A stretch of 64,000 nucleotides of DNA from Planctomycetota bacterium (GCA_965222115.1 CBDCTJ010000007.1:1-64000), one strand, 5' to 3'; positions 18,386 to 28,757 are shown, numbered from the stretch's first letter. The notes: generated by a model from the sequence alone, not told the origin. Translations and numbers: made by a program.

Positions 18386-20149
18386 CTACATCGCATCAAC
18401 CGGCTGAATGCCGAGCAAGTCGAGCCCGTGAATGAACACCCGCCGAACAAGTGCGACGAGTTGCAGGCGCTTGGCGCGAAGTGCCGGTTCGGCCTTGAGT
18501 ACGGGGCAGGCGGCATAGAAATGTCCAAATGCGCGCGCGCCGTCGTAGAGGTAGCTCGCCAAACACGACGGGTCGTAGTCTTTGGCCGCGCGACGAACAA
18601 CCGCGGGATAGCCCTGAAGGTGCCCGAGCAACTCGCGTTCTTTTTCATGCCCCCACGCCTCGACCGGACTGGAGGGTTCGGCAATCAGCGCCGCCGCGTC
18701 TGCATCCGCCTTGCGAAGAATCCCCGAAATGCGCGCCAAGCTGTAAAGCAAGTACGCGCCGGTCGCGCCTTCCGGGTTGGTCCAAAGATCTAGATCAAAG
18801 AGCACGCGCTTCGTATTGCCCAAGTTGAGCATGCCAAACTTGAGACACGCCACAGCCACACGCCACGCGACGTCTTCTTGTTGTTCGGCCGTCATCGACG
18901 CCTTTGTGGACTCATTCATTTTGGCCCAAATAGCGTCGATGACTTTGCGGCGCAAGAGGTGGTACGGCGTGGCCGTTCCCTTGCGACTCGACATTTTGCC
19001 TTCGGGCAACATGACCAATTCGTACGCCACGTGATGGCAATCGCTGGCATGCTCATAGCCCATGCGTTTGAGCGTGGCAAAGAGCTGCCGAAAGTGATGC
19101 GACTGTCCGGCATCAACCACGTAAATCGAACGTTCAATGTCGTGAGATTCAAACTTCGCGCGCGCTAGAGCCAAGTCCCACGTCATGTAAAGACTCGATC
19201 CGTCACTCTTCTGCACAAGGCACGCGCCGAGCTTTTCTTCGGTCAGATCACAGATTACTGCGCCGCGGCTATGTTCGAATACACCCTTCTCTAAGTAGTC
19301 CGCGACGATTTTCTGGCCGGGCCCTTCCAGCGTTGACTCGAAGAAGTCGTGTTCGAAGCGCACATCGAGTTCGTCGTAGATGGTTTTGAACCCGTCCAAA
19401 CACCAACCACGGGTTTCTTCGTACAGTGCGCGAATCTCAGAACCCGGTTCGTCCATCCCCGCCAACACGATGCGTAACTCTGCCTCGATCTCAGCCGCGC
19501 GCTTCGGATCTTCCTCTTTGGCCGTTTCAAGCGCCGCGGTCGCCGCGGCATAGGCTTTGCCCAACCACGCCATGCGGTCGGCATCCGCGGGCGGCTTCGC
19601 GTCGGGATGCGTACGGAGCCACCATAAACACTTCGCTACGTCCACGCCAAAATCGCCGTAGTAGTTCACCGGCACCACGTTGTGTCCACGCGCGCGAAAG
19701 ATGCGCACCAATGCATCACCCAGCGCCACGTTTCGAAGATGGCCGACGTGAAACAACTTGTGGGTATTGGGTTGCGAAAACTCCACCATCATGCGTGTGG
19801 GTTGGCCTGTCTTGATGCGCCTAAACAACTCGCCGCTTTGTACGTCTGACCGAAGCTCTTCGAGTAGCGCACCGGCGTCGGCGAAGAAGTTGACGTAGGG
19901 ACCGGCTGCGATCACGCGTGAAATCGGTCCACCTTCGGGTAGCGAAGCCGCGAGCGCGGTAACCAGTTCGTTGGCGATCTTTGGCGGCGCTTGCTTTCGA
20001 ACCTTGGCAAGACTGAAACACGGAAACGACACATCGCCCATGTCGCGCTTGGGAGGCACGCCCAGCAGGGTGCGCAGCGAGTCAGGCGCGGGCGCGTCGT
20101 CGCCCAATACGGTCGTGAGGGCGGCCACAATGGCATCGTGAAAACTCAT
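18386..20149 (-). CDS. argS: Arginine--tRNA ligase
   Basis: GPYVNFF, VEFSQPNTHKLFHVGHLRN, KSDGSSLYMTWDL, KMSSRKG, GATGAYLLY, terminal M. Confidence 0.96.
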   Translation of the reverse strand: MSFHDAIVAALTTVLGDDAPAPDSLRTLLGVPPKRDMGDVSFPCFSLAKVRKQAPPKIANELVTALAASLPEGGPISRVIAAGPYVNFFADAGALLEELRSDVQSGELFRRIKTGQPTRMMVEFSQPNTHKLFHVGHLRNVALGDALVRIFRARGHNVVPVNYYGDFGVDVAKCLWWLRTHPDAKPPADADRMAWLGKAYAAATAALETAKEEDPKRAAEIEAELRIVLAGMDEPGSEIRALYEETRGWCLDGFKTIYDELDVRFEHDFFESTLEGPGQKIVADYLEKGVFEHSRGAVICDLTEEKLGACLVQKSDGSSLYMTWDLALARAKFESHDIERSIYVVDAGQSHHFRQLFATLKRMGYEHASDCHHVAYELVMLPEGKMSSRKGTATPYHLLRRKVIDAIWAKMNESTKASMTAEQQEDVAWRVAVACLKFGMLNLGNTKRVLFDLDLWTNPEGATGAYLLYSLARISGILRKADADAAALIAEPSSPVEAWGHEKERELLGHLQGYPAVVRRAAKDYDPSCLASYLYDGARAFGHFYAACPVLKAEPALRAKRLQLVALVRRVFIHGLDLLGIQPVDAM

Positions 20150-20246
20150 GGAGCAATCCAATCATCGCGCAATCTTCACGACGCAGCGGGCTGGAAGTGG
20201 GTGTCGGAATCGCGCACCCTGGGTGTATCGCGGGCGCGCGTGGCGT

Positions 20247-20636
20247 CTACTTGAGGGTGCTGAGATACGCCTCCAAGGCGTTGAGCTCAGGACTCCCCAG
20301 GGGCAACTCCTTGCCTCCGGATTTCGTCTTGATCATCTGATTGATCTTCTGCTGAATCGTGACGACTTTGCGCATGACCTTGTCGTACTTCGGATACTGC
20401 TTCACGCGTACACCCGTGAGCTTGTTGGGGCCGCGCGAATGGCACACGACACACGTCTTGGCGCCTGGCTTCCAGGACTTTCGATAGAGGGCCTTGCCCT
20501 GCTCGCGTGCCTTCTCGAGCGCGAGCTCGCCCTTGCTCTTCCCCTCACCGCGGGCAGGTACGACGAACATCGCAACCAATAGGACGCTTGCGAATACGAT
20601 GAGGGGGGCGATCGTGTGTCTTGAATTCGGCATCAT
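20247..20636 (-). CDS. Exported monoheme cytochrome c, SoxA/TsdA-like domain
   Basis: Signal peptide, CVVCH heme motif, YPKY..VVTIQQKINQM..ELNALEAYL. Confidence 0.75.
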   Translation of the reverse strand: MMPNSRHTIAPLIVFASVLLVAMFVVPARGEGKSKGELALEKAREQGKALYRKSWKPGAKTCVVCHSRGPNKLTGVRVKQYPKYDKVMRKVVTIQQKINQMIKTKSGGKELPLGSPELNALEAYLSTLK

Positions 20637-20684
20637 GGAACTCCGCGGGACGACGTGGGGAGTATAGGGCTGGAAGGAGGTGCC

Positions 20685-21197
20685 ATGGATTTGTGCGCAC
20701 TGATACGAGACGTCCCGGACTTCCCCAAACCGGGCATCTTGTTTCGCGATATTACGCCTCTCTTGCAACGACCCACGGCGATCAAGGCGTGCGTGGCGCG
20801 CATGACCCACGTGGCGCGCGGCCGCGGTATCACCCATGTGGCCGCGATTGAAAGTCGGGGCTTCCTCTTTGGTGTTCCCGTGGCACTCCGCCTCGGGGCT
20901 GGTTTCGTGCCGATTCGGAAAGCGGGCAAGTTGCCATGTCCAACCCATGCTGAGACGTATGCCCTCGAGTACGGGACAGGTGCGTTGGAGATTCATCAAG
21001 ACGCCTTCAAGCAAGGCGATCGCGTTTGGCTCATCGATGACGTGCTTGCAACGGGCGGCACGCTCGCGGCGGCAGCAGCGCTCGTTCGGCGTACCGGCGC
21101 CGCCGTGGTGGGCGCGGGCGTGCTCATCGAGTTGACGAAGCTCGGAGGACGTGCAGCGCTAAGCGAAATCGACCTGTTTCGTGTGCTTGAGTATTGA
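20685..21197 (+). CDS. apt: Adenine phosphoribosyltransferase
   Basis: IRDVPDFPKPGILFRDITPLL, ESRGF, RKAGKLP, YALEYG, IDDVLATGGT. Confidence 0.97.
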   Translation: MDLCALIRDVPDFPKPGILFRDITPLLQRPTAIKACVARMTHVARGRGITHVAAIESRGFLFGVPVALRLGAGFVPIRKAGKLPCPTHAETYALEYGTGALEIHQDAFKQGDRVWLIDDVLATGGTLAAAAALVRRTGAAVVGAGVLIELTKLGGRAALSEIDLFRVLEY

Positions 21198-21252
21198 ACC
21201 TCGCAGCTAGCGTGTCGCGCAACCACCCGCTTCCCTCCAAGGACCCCGTTCG

Positions 21253-22428
21253 ATGAGCGCCGCGAAGTCACCCCCACCGGAAGTCAAGCGCCAATTCATG
21301 CGCGGGTTCCGGGACGCGTTGCGCGATCCCGCCACCTACAACCCGGTCCGCAACCCGTCGGTGTGGCTGGGATTCGTGCTCGCCCTACCGATTCCCCTCT
21401 TCACGTTCTTCATTGAATCGCCGTGGTGGCTCAAGTTGATCGCGCTCGTTGCGCCCTTTACGTGGGCGGCCATTTTGGGCGCAGCCGGGCGCGTAGGACT
21501 TCGCGCGCAGCAAGAGACCGTGCGCATGAGTGAGCGTGTTGACGAGGTTGTTTCGCAAGTTGCGGGTGTCGAAGGCCACCTAGCCGAAACGGAAGAAGCG
21601 CTCGGCGAAGAAGTGCTCAAACGCCAACATCTTGAGGACCTGCGCGACGAAGTGGTATCGGACCTGCGTCTCGCAAAAGACGTGCAGCGCACATTGATTC
21701 CTCACGATATTCAACGCCCCGAGGCCAATGTCGTTACGCGTATGATCGCTTCACGCCTGATCGGCGGCGACTATGTCCACACCAACATTGTTGGCGATCG
21801 CTACCTCTATCTCATTGTGGCGGACGTCTCCGGCCACGGCATTGCCGCCGCGCTGGTCGTTGCGCGTTTTCACGGATTTATTCGTAGACTCACACTGCTC
21901 GGCCGCACGCCCATGACCATGTTGCGACGCATGAATGAAGCGGCCATGCAGCTCTTCATGCATACGTATTTCTTCATGACATGCGCCGTGGCGCGCATAG
22001 ACCTGTACACAGGCTTGATGGAGTACGCCACCGCGGGTCATCCGGATCAGTTTCTGCTGCGTGCCAACGGAGAGATTGAGCATTTGCGAACGCCGAATCG
22101 ACTGCTGGGCATCGACGCCGACATCTTCGACGCATCGCGGCCATCGGACCAAGTGCAACTTGAGCCCGGCGACAGCGTCATTTTCTTCACCGACGGCATG
22201 TTCGAGGTGCTGGCCGATGGCAGCGGCGAATTATTGGGTGAGGATGGATTGGAAGCGCGCATTCGCGAATTCGGACCGCTCGAGCCGAGCCTACTGATTG
22301 GCGAAGTCCTTCAAGAACTCGCCGAGTTTCAGGGACGCAGCGACTTTGAGGACGACGTAACCATCAGTGTGACGCAGTTCCTGGGAACCACGCCGCCACT
22401 CGCACGGCATCATGCAGAGCATGCGTAG
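21253..22428 (+). CDS. Membrane-anchored PP2C/SpoIIE-family Ser/Thr phosphatase
   Basis: Two TM helices, coiled coil, IGGDY, VADVSGHG, TAGHP, FTDG, DDVT. Confidence 0.9.
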   Translation: MSAAKSPPPEVKRQFMRGFRDALRDPATYNPVRNPSVWLGFVLALPIPLFTFFIESPWWLKLIALVAPFTWAAILGAAGRVGLRAQQETVRMSERVDEVVSQVAGVEGHLAETEEALGEEVLKRQHLEDLRDEVVSDLRLAKDVQRTLIPHDIQRPEANVVTRMIASRLIGGDYVHTNIVGDRYLYLIVADVSGHGIAAALVVARFHGFIRRLTLLGRTPMTMLRRMNEAAMQLFMHTYFFMTCAVARIDLYTGLMEYATAGHPDQFLLRANGEIEHLRTPNRLLGIDADIFDASRPSDQVQLEPGDSVIFFTDGMFEVLADGSGELLGEDGLEARIREFGPLEPSLLIGEVLQELAEFQGRSDFEDDVTISVTQFLGTTPPLARHHAEHA

Positions 22429-22563
22429 AGCCCATGCGCTCGTCACCGACGATCGCGCCTCCCATCACATGGTGCTCCCCACCGACACCAATGGCTAGCG
22501 CGCATCGCCAGCCCAGTACACCACTTGTCGCCGCATTCAGACTGGGCACCAAATTGCTGATGG

Positions 22564-23079
22564 ATGCTTGAACTCGAATGCGTTATAGATGGTATGCGAC
22601 ACGCCACGACATTTTCAGATGTATACCGACCGGGCATCAAGTCTTACCTGGGCATGACGTGGATTGCACTGTGCCTTTTGGCCGCCCATCTGCTTGGCGC
22701 CGTTTGGGACACGGGTACGCAATCACTCCTTGAGTCGACGCTCATTGCCTTGAGTTACACGGGGCTGCTCGCGATGGATCACGGGTATCGATTCTACGTT
22801 TCGACGGAAGGCATCGAGGCGCGACACTGGTTTCGAAAGCGACGCTTCGCACGATGGACTCAAATGGCGCGGGCAAGTCGCACGTCGCAGATGGGCGACT
22901 GGCTTGAGCGGACGATCATCGAAGATGCCGTAGGCAAGGAACTCCTCCGTATTGGAAGCGGAACGAGACGACTCGACGAGTTGCTTCAACGAGTCAAGCC
23001 TCACGTGATGAGGAACAATCGCGACAATCCTCATGCCTGGGGAGGAACAAAGAACCGTGTACGCGGCTGGCACGTGTAG
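22564..23079 (+). CDS. Hypothetical membrane protein (2 TM plus small beta domain, possibly bacterial PH-like)
   Basis: Two hydrophobic segments then YVSTEGIEARHWFRKRRFARW. Confidence 0.5.
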   Translation: MLELECVIDGMRHATTFSDVYRPGIKSYLGMTWIALCLLAAHLLGAVWDTGTQSLLESTLIALSYTGLLAMDHGYRFYVSTEGIEARHWFRKRRFARWTQMARASRTSQMGDWLERTIIEDAVGKELLRIGSGTRRLDELLQRVKPHVMRNNRDNPHAWGGTKNRVRGWHV

Positions 23080-23155
23080 CAAACTCATGCGTCGCAGGAG
23101 CGATCCTGTCGAACCCAGCGCTCGCTTGCGTCAACGATCTCGGCTGTCGTAACGC

Positions 23156-23232
23156 TGGTACCCCCGGCAGGATTCGAACCTACGACCCCAGCTTTAGGAA
23201 AGCTGTGCTCTATCCAACTGAGCTACGGGGGC
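23156..23232 (-). tRNA. tRNA-Arg (CCT)
   Basis: Reverse complement GCCCCCGTAGCTCAGTTGGATAGAGCA-CAGCT-TTCCTAA-AGCTG-GGGTCGTAGGTTCGAATCCTGCCGGGGGTACCA. Confidence 0.97.
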
Positions 23233-23267
23233 TCTTGGCAGCCTGAAGTATCGCCTAAGATTCGTGC

Positions 23268-23735
23268 GTGCCCACCCCCACGACCATCTTTTATGACGGC
23301 GACTGCTCGTTGTGTACACGCGTCGTACAGTGGTTGGTCGCGGAAGATCGACGGGGAACGCGATTCCGGTTTGGCAGGCTATACGGGCGAACGTTTGAAG
23401 AGACCTTCCCGGCAACAACGCAGGCATCGCTGCCGGACTCGCTAGTTGTTCACGCACCCGACGGTCGCGTGCTCGTGCGGTCGCACGCCGTGCTGCATAT
23501 CTTGCGACGGCTGGGTGGCTTTTGGGCTGCGGTGTCCTACGTAGCGCGCGTCATACCCACGACGTGGCTTGATCGTGTGTACGACGTGATCGCAAAGCGG
23601 CGAACCAAGACGTGTCGATTACCAGCCGCCACCGCCGCCGCCTCCGAAGCCGCCGCCGCTGAAGCCGCCTCCGCCACTCCAACTGCCACCACCACTGCTC
23701 GTTCCGCCGCCCCAACTGCGAGACCAACCGCCTGA
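23268..23735 (+). CDS. DCC-family thiol-disulfide oxidoreductase (DUF393)
   Basis: IFYDGDCSLC, PDSLVV, RS.AVL.I, LGG.W, D.VYD.IAKRR; 3' end overlaps the convergent gene. Confidence 0.85.
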   Translation: MPTPTTIFYDGDCSLCTRVVQWLVAEDRRGTRFRFGRLYGRTFEETFPATTQASLPDSLVVHAPDGRVLVRSHAVLHILRRLGGFWAAVSYVARVIPTTWLDRVYDVIAKRRTKTCRLPAATAAASEAAAAEAASATPTATTTARSAAPTARPTA

Positions 23736-25415
23736 AGATCGACTGCTTTGCACACGTGGCGCGGCGTAGAGCGAGTCGCCCACGGAGAAATGCAACCCAC
23801 GGAATCCTCGACCGAGGCGCACGTCGCTCCAGTTCTTGCCCCGCGTGTCATACCACTCGGGCGGTTGCTCGTAGAGCGGCTGAATGTGTTTGACCCACTT
23901 CTCGTGCAGGCCTAATGCAATCGCGTACGGCAAGAGTCGCTCGAGTTGGCGAAGTGTCATCTTGTCCATGCGATCGGACTCGGCCGTTTCCAAGTACTCC
24001 TCCATGCCCTTAATGCGTGCCAAGGCATCAAGCCCCTTCTTCGTGCGTTGTGGCATGTAGCGCGCTATCCAAAACATGATGACGGCGGCGACGGCGAGAC
24101 AAACGAAATAGGGCCAACCCCATCCGCGCCACATGCCAAGTACCACGGCAACGATAAGCAACAGCATGGTGCTTCCAATGGACGCGCCCGTCACATCACT
24201 AGGTGCCTTTGGGTAGTAGCCATCTTTCACCATACCGTTCGCAAGTTTTGTGCGCGCTTTGTCAATGCGCGCCGAGAACTTGCGGCGCAAGCTCGACAAG
24301 GGAATGAAGCCATCGTCAGCCTTCGTGCCCTTCTCGAACCCGTCGATCAGTTCCTGCTCCCACCCGCGTAGCGCATCACCCGCGGGCGGATCGTCCACAA
24401 TGCGCACTTCCATACCCGGCGTATCCGCATCGTCGGCCGCTTCACGAAGTTGCAAATGGCCGCGCACGGCCAAGTCAACGATCGCTGCGGTCATATCGTG
24501 CGGATGCACGGTGTTGTCGGCCAAGAAACCAACCTCTGCGGCGCGCAATTCTCCGGGTGGATCGTATTCAGGAATGATGGTGCGACCGGCCAAGCTATCG
24601 CGCCCGTCGTTCCACCAACGCCGAATCGCCAGCAAGAGCATGAGCATTGGAATGAGCAGAAACCAATTGGCTTTCAGCAATGTAAACGCACGTTTGATGG
24701 GGCCGGCATGCGCCACATGACCGGTGGGGAAAAACGTGCCGATAGTGAGCCCCTCACGCGGTCGCAACTCGCGCGTGGTTTCAAATTGAACGGTGTGCGC
24801 ATCACGCCAGGTGTGCTTGTAGTCCTTTCCTTTGCTGTATTCCGGACCCGTAAAACCGGTAATCTGTACTTCTTCTTGCTTCACGGTTTTCGGTAAGTGA
24901 ACGGTGGCGCCGGCCTTTCGAAAGGGAATCTCCCAGTCCACGCCCGTCACGTTCCACTGCAACTCATCGAGGTGCCCAAAGTTCTCATCTTCGGGCGTAT
25001 AGGTTCGAATTGCGCCTTGAACCGTGTAGGCGATCTTCACCACACGCGTTGCATCCTTGGCGCCAGGCACGCGAATCTTGAGTCGCATACGACCGCGGCG
25101 ATGCGCGCGTTCTTTCCAATATTCAAGCGCATTTCCACGTTCGTCGGTAACGGCGGTCACGTCGACCTTTATGGCATCTCGAAAGAATCCGTTGAGCCGC
25201 GTGCCATAAGGAATTACTCGAAAAATGCCGTTATAGAATCCGCGAAATGACACGCGGAAGGTCTCAACCACATCCAACGTGGAGTCCTTATTTACCGTGA
25301 GATCGGCGTGCATCTCCTCGATGACCATGGAACGCGCCACGGCCTCGGGCGCAAGCGCACCCCACAGCAGGGCACCGAGAATCAAGGATAGTAGAGAACC
25401 ACGAACGCAATGCAT
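23619..25415 (-). CDS. DUF2207-family membrane protein
   Basis: VNKDSTLDVVETF, NGIFRVIP, ELQWNVTG.DW, EYDPP, A.IVDLAVRGHL, LLPYAIALG, Gly-rich tail ending GGGGGW. Confidence 0.9.
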   Translation of the reverse strand: MHCVRGSLLSLILGALLWGALAPEAVARSMVIEEMHADLTVNKDSTLDVVETFRVSFRGFYNGIFRVIPYGTRLNGFFRDAIKVDVTAVTDERGNALEYWKERAHRRGRMRLKIRVPGAKDATRVVKIAYTVQGAIRTYTPEDENFGHLDELQWNVTGVDWEIPFRKAGATVHLPKTVKQEEVQITGFTGPEYSKGKDYKHTWRDAHTVQFETTRELRPREGLTIGTFFPTGHVAHAGPIKRAFTLLKANWFLLIPMLMLLLAIRRWWNDGRDSLAGRTIIPEYDPPGELRAAEVGFLADNTVHPHDMTAAIVDLAVRGHLQLREAADDADTPGMEVRIVDDPPAGDALRGWEQELIDGFEKGTKADDGFIPLSSLRRKFSARIDKARTKLANGMVKDGYYPKAPSDVTGASIGSTMLLLIVAVVLGMWRGWGWPYFVCLAVAAVIMFWIARYMPQRTKKGLDALARIKGMEEYLETAESDRMDKMTLRQLERLLPYAIALGLHEKWVKHIQPLYEQPPEWYDTRGKNWSDVRLGRGFRGLHFSVGDSLYAAPRVQSSRSSGGWSRSWGGGTSSGGGSWSGGGGFSGGGFGGGGGGGW

Positions 25416-25480
25416 GGCGTCCTCCAACGCGGCATGCGTCGCAGCCGCTTGCCTAGACGAAAATGGTCAGTCGAAAGTGA

Positions 25481-26071
25481 TTAGGCGAGTGTGACGCGCG
25501 GCGCGGCGCGATCGTCCTCGTCGACTTGAAAAAACAATGCGGACTCATGGCCCAACATGGCCGCGAACATATTGGTGGGAAAGCGTTCCAGCATGGTGTT
25601 GTAGTCACGCACGGTGCCGTTGTAATAGCGTCGCGCGTATTGCAAGTCGTCTTCCACCTTGACGAGATCCTTGCTCAACTGGATGAACCCCTCATCCGCT
25701 TTGAGGTCGGGGTAGTCCTCAACCAGAATCATCAACGAATCAATGCGTGCGCTCAACTCGCGTTCCGCGATTTCACGGACGTTCGTTTCGTGGGCACGCT
25801 GGGCTGCGCCGCGCGCCGCGGTCACACGCTCGAGCGTTTCTTGCTCGTGCTTGGCGTGCCCACCCACCACCTTGACCAAGTTGGGCACGAGGTCGTGGCG
25901 TCGCTTGAGCTGCACATCGATGTCACTAAATCCCTCGCGCACGCGGTTGCGTTGGCGAACGAGACGATTGAATGTCCACACAATCCACGCGAGAACGACG
26001 CCGACCGCAATGGCGATCCATGCGTTTTTGGATAGTGCGAGCGGAAGATGATGAACGGCGTGACGCAACAT
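25481..26071 (-). CDS. lemA: LemA family protein
   Basis: N-terminal TM, FSDIDVQLKRRHDLVPNLV, EDYPDLKAD, ARRYYNGTVRDYN, FPTN. Confidence 0.92.
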   Translation of the reverse strand: MLRHAVHHLPLALSKNAWIAIAVGVVLAWIVWTFNRLVRQRNRVREGFSDIDVQLKRRHDLVPNLVKVVGGHAKHEQETLERVTAARGAAQRAHETNVREIAERELSARIDSLMILVEDYPDLKADEGFIQLSKDLVKVEDDLQYARRYYNGTVRDYNTMLERFPTNMFAAMLGHESALFFQVDEDDRAAPRVTLA

Positions 26072-26221
26072 GATGGGCACTGTACCCGGCGGGGCACGCA
26101 GCGACCCCGGGCGTGCGGCCCCATCCAGATCCATGCGCCCCTCCAGCAAAAACCCATGCACGCCCGCGCCACTCGCGCGTCCGATTCGCTATAGTTCAGG
26201 ACGCCTTTATTGGAGCGCCCT

Positions 26222-26827
26222 ATGCCCACCCCGCCCGAGTCCGAATCCGACTGTCGAACGCCCGTTGCCGTGGATGGCACAGAGCCCATGCCTATCACCC
26301 ATCCGGCATTGGTTGCATTTGTGAAGCGCGTTTGCGAAATCCTTGACGAGCGGGAAGCGGGGACCCTTCGCGAAGACGACATCGCCCCGGCTGTGGCCGA
26401 AGCGCTCGCGCCACTGGTGCGAGCAGAAGGCCTATTGACGAAGAAGCAGAAAGCCGGCTGTGACGAGGGCTATACACGGCATCTCTTGTACGAAGATCCA
26501 GACCGGCGATTCACCGTGTTGTCATTGGTGTGGCAACCAGACCAAAGTTCGCCGATTCACGGCCACACATCGTGGTGCGCCGTCGGTGTGGTTCAAGGCA
26601 CACCCACGGAGATCACATTCAACATGAAATCCGATGCCAGCGGCGCGCGCACAGTCGAGCAACGCGAGTCGTCTACCTATAGTCCGGGCGACACGTGTTT
26701 CTCTCGTGAAGGTTGGGACGACGCCCACCGCGTCTACAACGCAAGCCGTGAGGACGTCGTTACGTTACACGTATACGGATTGCCCCTCGCAACAGACCCC
26801 GCAGCCATCAATCTACTGCTGGACTGA
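26222..26827 (+). CDS. Cysteine/thiol dioxygenase family cupin
   Basis: YTRHLLY, LVWQPDQSSPIHGH, DAHRV, TLHVYG (3-His Fe site and outer-sphere triad). Confidence 0.85.
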   Translation: MPTPPESESDCRTPVAVDGTEPMPITHPALVAFVKRVCEILDEREAGTLREDDIAPAVAEALAPLVRAEGLLTKKQKAGCDEGYTRHLLYEDPDRRFTVLSLVWQPDQSSPIHGHTSWCAVGVVQGTPTEITFNMKSDASGARTVEQRESSTYSPGDTCFSREGWDDAHRVYNASREDVVTLHVYGLPLATDPAAINLLLD

Positions 26828-26829
26828 GC

Positions 26830-28113
26830 ATGGGAAGCAATGACCAACCGTTCACCATCTTTCGCGACATTCCCGCGTCCGGCGTGGTGTATGCCGTGCA
26901 ACAGGCAACGGCAGCGGGTTACTCACGCGGCGATCCCGATTGGTGCAATTTGGGGCAAGGGCAGCCGGAGGTAGGCCCCATCCCGGATGCGCCGCCGCGC
27001 ATGGCCTCAATCGAACTCGACCCGCTAGACTATGCCTACGGCCCGTCTGGTGGACTTCCGGAACTTCGAGACGCGGTGGCCGAACACTACAACCGCCTGT
27101 TTCGCCAGGGCGCATCGTCGGCCTATACACGCAAGAATGTATTGATCGCAAGTGGCGGACGCGTTGCCATCACGCGGGTGTTTCGAACACTTCGCAAGCT
27201 CGCCCTGGGCTACCGCTACCCCGACTACACATCGTACGAAGACTCCCTGCATGCCCATCAACACGTCATTGATCCCATCGCCATTGGCGACAGCCACAAT
27301 CCGACAGCGTTTGGACCCGACGTGCTCGACAGCGCCATCAAACAACACGGTCTTGAAGCCGTGCTTGTCAGCAATCCCTGCAATCCGAGCGGACATACGA
27401 TACGCGGCGACGAACTCAAGCGGTGCGTAGACATCGCACGCACTTCGTCGTGTGCCCTCATAATGGATGAGTTCTATTCCCAGTTTGTGTACGACGACGA
27501 CGGACAGCCAAGTGCAGCACCCGTTTCCGCCGCTCGCTATGTCGAGGACGTCGAACTCGATCCAGTGATCGTCGTGGATGGCATTACCAAAGGACTTCGC
27601 AGTCCGGGATGGCGTGTGGGCTGGGTGCTTGCACCGTCGTCGTGGATTGCGCCCATGGAGCGTGTCGCAGGAACCTTGGATGGCGGTGCGTCAAGACCTG
27701 CACAGCGAGGCGCACTCAAGCTCTTAGATGCCCAGCACGTCGCCACAGAAACCGTGGTGATTCGCCAACGTTTCGCTGAAAAGCGAGGGGTCATGTTGAA
27801 GGGTCTGCGTTCGCTGGGAGTGGAGGTGCCGTACCCGCCAACCGGATCCATGTATGTGTGGGGAAACGTGAGCCGCTTGCCCGCGCCATGGAACACCGAC
27901 GAGGGCTTCTTTCGCGAGGCCCTAAACAAACGCGTCATTACGGTCCCGGGACGATTTTTCGTTTTACAGGCGGGTAAGTCCGAGCAGGTCCCGGAGCGAC
28001 CGTCGCCCTACCCCTGGGTACGGTTCTCCTTTGGTCCCCACCCCGAAGTCGTTCGCGAGGGCATTCGCAGACTTGGTGAGGCCCTTGGCGGGCAAGGCTC
28101 GAGCGCCTCGTAA
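26830..28113 (+). CDS. PLP-dependent aminotransferase class I/II
   Basis: NLGQGQPE, YGPSGGLPELR, SNPCNPSG, DEFY, GITKGLRSPGWRVGW. Confidence 0.92.
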   Translation: MGSNDQPFTIFRDIPASGVVYAVQQATAAGYSRGDPDWCNLGQGQPEVGPIPDAPPRMASIELDPLDYAYGPSGGLPELRDAVAEHYNRLFRQGASSAYTRKNVLIASGGRVAITRVFRTLRKLALGYRYPDYTSYEDSLHAHQHVIDPIAIGDSHNPTAFGPDVLDSAIKQHGLEAVLVSNPCNPSGHTIRGDELKRCVDIARTSSCALIMDEFYSQFVYDDDGQPSAAPVSAARYVEDVELDPVIVVDGITKGLRSPGWRVGWVLAPSSWIAPMERVAGTLDGGASRPAQRGALKLLDAQHVATETVVIRQRFAEKRGVMLKGLRSLGVEVPYPPTGSMYVWGNVSRLPAPWNTDEGFFREALNKRVITVPGRFFVLQAGKSEQVPERPSPYPWVRFSFGPHPEVVREGIRRLGEALGGQGSSAS

Positions 28114-28757
28114 ACGACGCACGCCCGTCGGTTTCCGTGGCGAGAATTCTCTTTCAGCAGACTATCAAAACAAGAACATGATGTACGGGACTATAGGCCT
28201 GTCGCGAGCGAATCCGCACAACGGACCTGAGCGCTAGCTAGTCAAGCAGCGCAACTGAACACCTCGCCCCGTCGAAGTTCCCACTACGCTGGCGAGAGTT
28301 CTCGACTCAATAACAGGGACAAATTGCCCAATTTTCGGCGACCAGCGGGCACAATTCGACCCCGTGGCGAATCGCCCCAATTGAGGCGATTGCCAAGTGA
28401 GGAGATTGCATGGAGACAACAGGGGTGGACACCATTGGGGGGTCGCGAATAGACTTTGGGTGGAAAGGCTCTTTGGATTCGCGCCACGCCCGTAGGGGAT
28501 GTGCGACGAGGCCCTGGGCCCATCCGGCGAGCATAGCGCGCCCGCGATCTACCTCGGACGTATTCAATTTCAATAGCGCAGTTGCGATTGAGTATCGACA
28601 TCGAGTTTCCCGGGCGGTGAAGCGTTTGCACGTTGCCGCGCACTACCGCGTGGGCCGGTAAATAGGGGTTCCACTCGGGTCCAATCCGAGGGATGCCCAA
28701 GATACTGGGGTTGGTCGCAGCATGAGAGCAGGTGATCCTGCGATTCGGTGAGCCCTT

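Noticed and set aside
23080-23260. Genomic island integrated at tRNA-Arg or tRNA-fMet
   Set aside because: No integrase and no duplicated tRNA 3' end seen in the window.
28410-28661. 83-aa ORF with a GAGGAG RBS
   Set aside because: No recognisable protein features or clear codon bias; cannot be supported without expression data.
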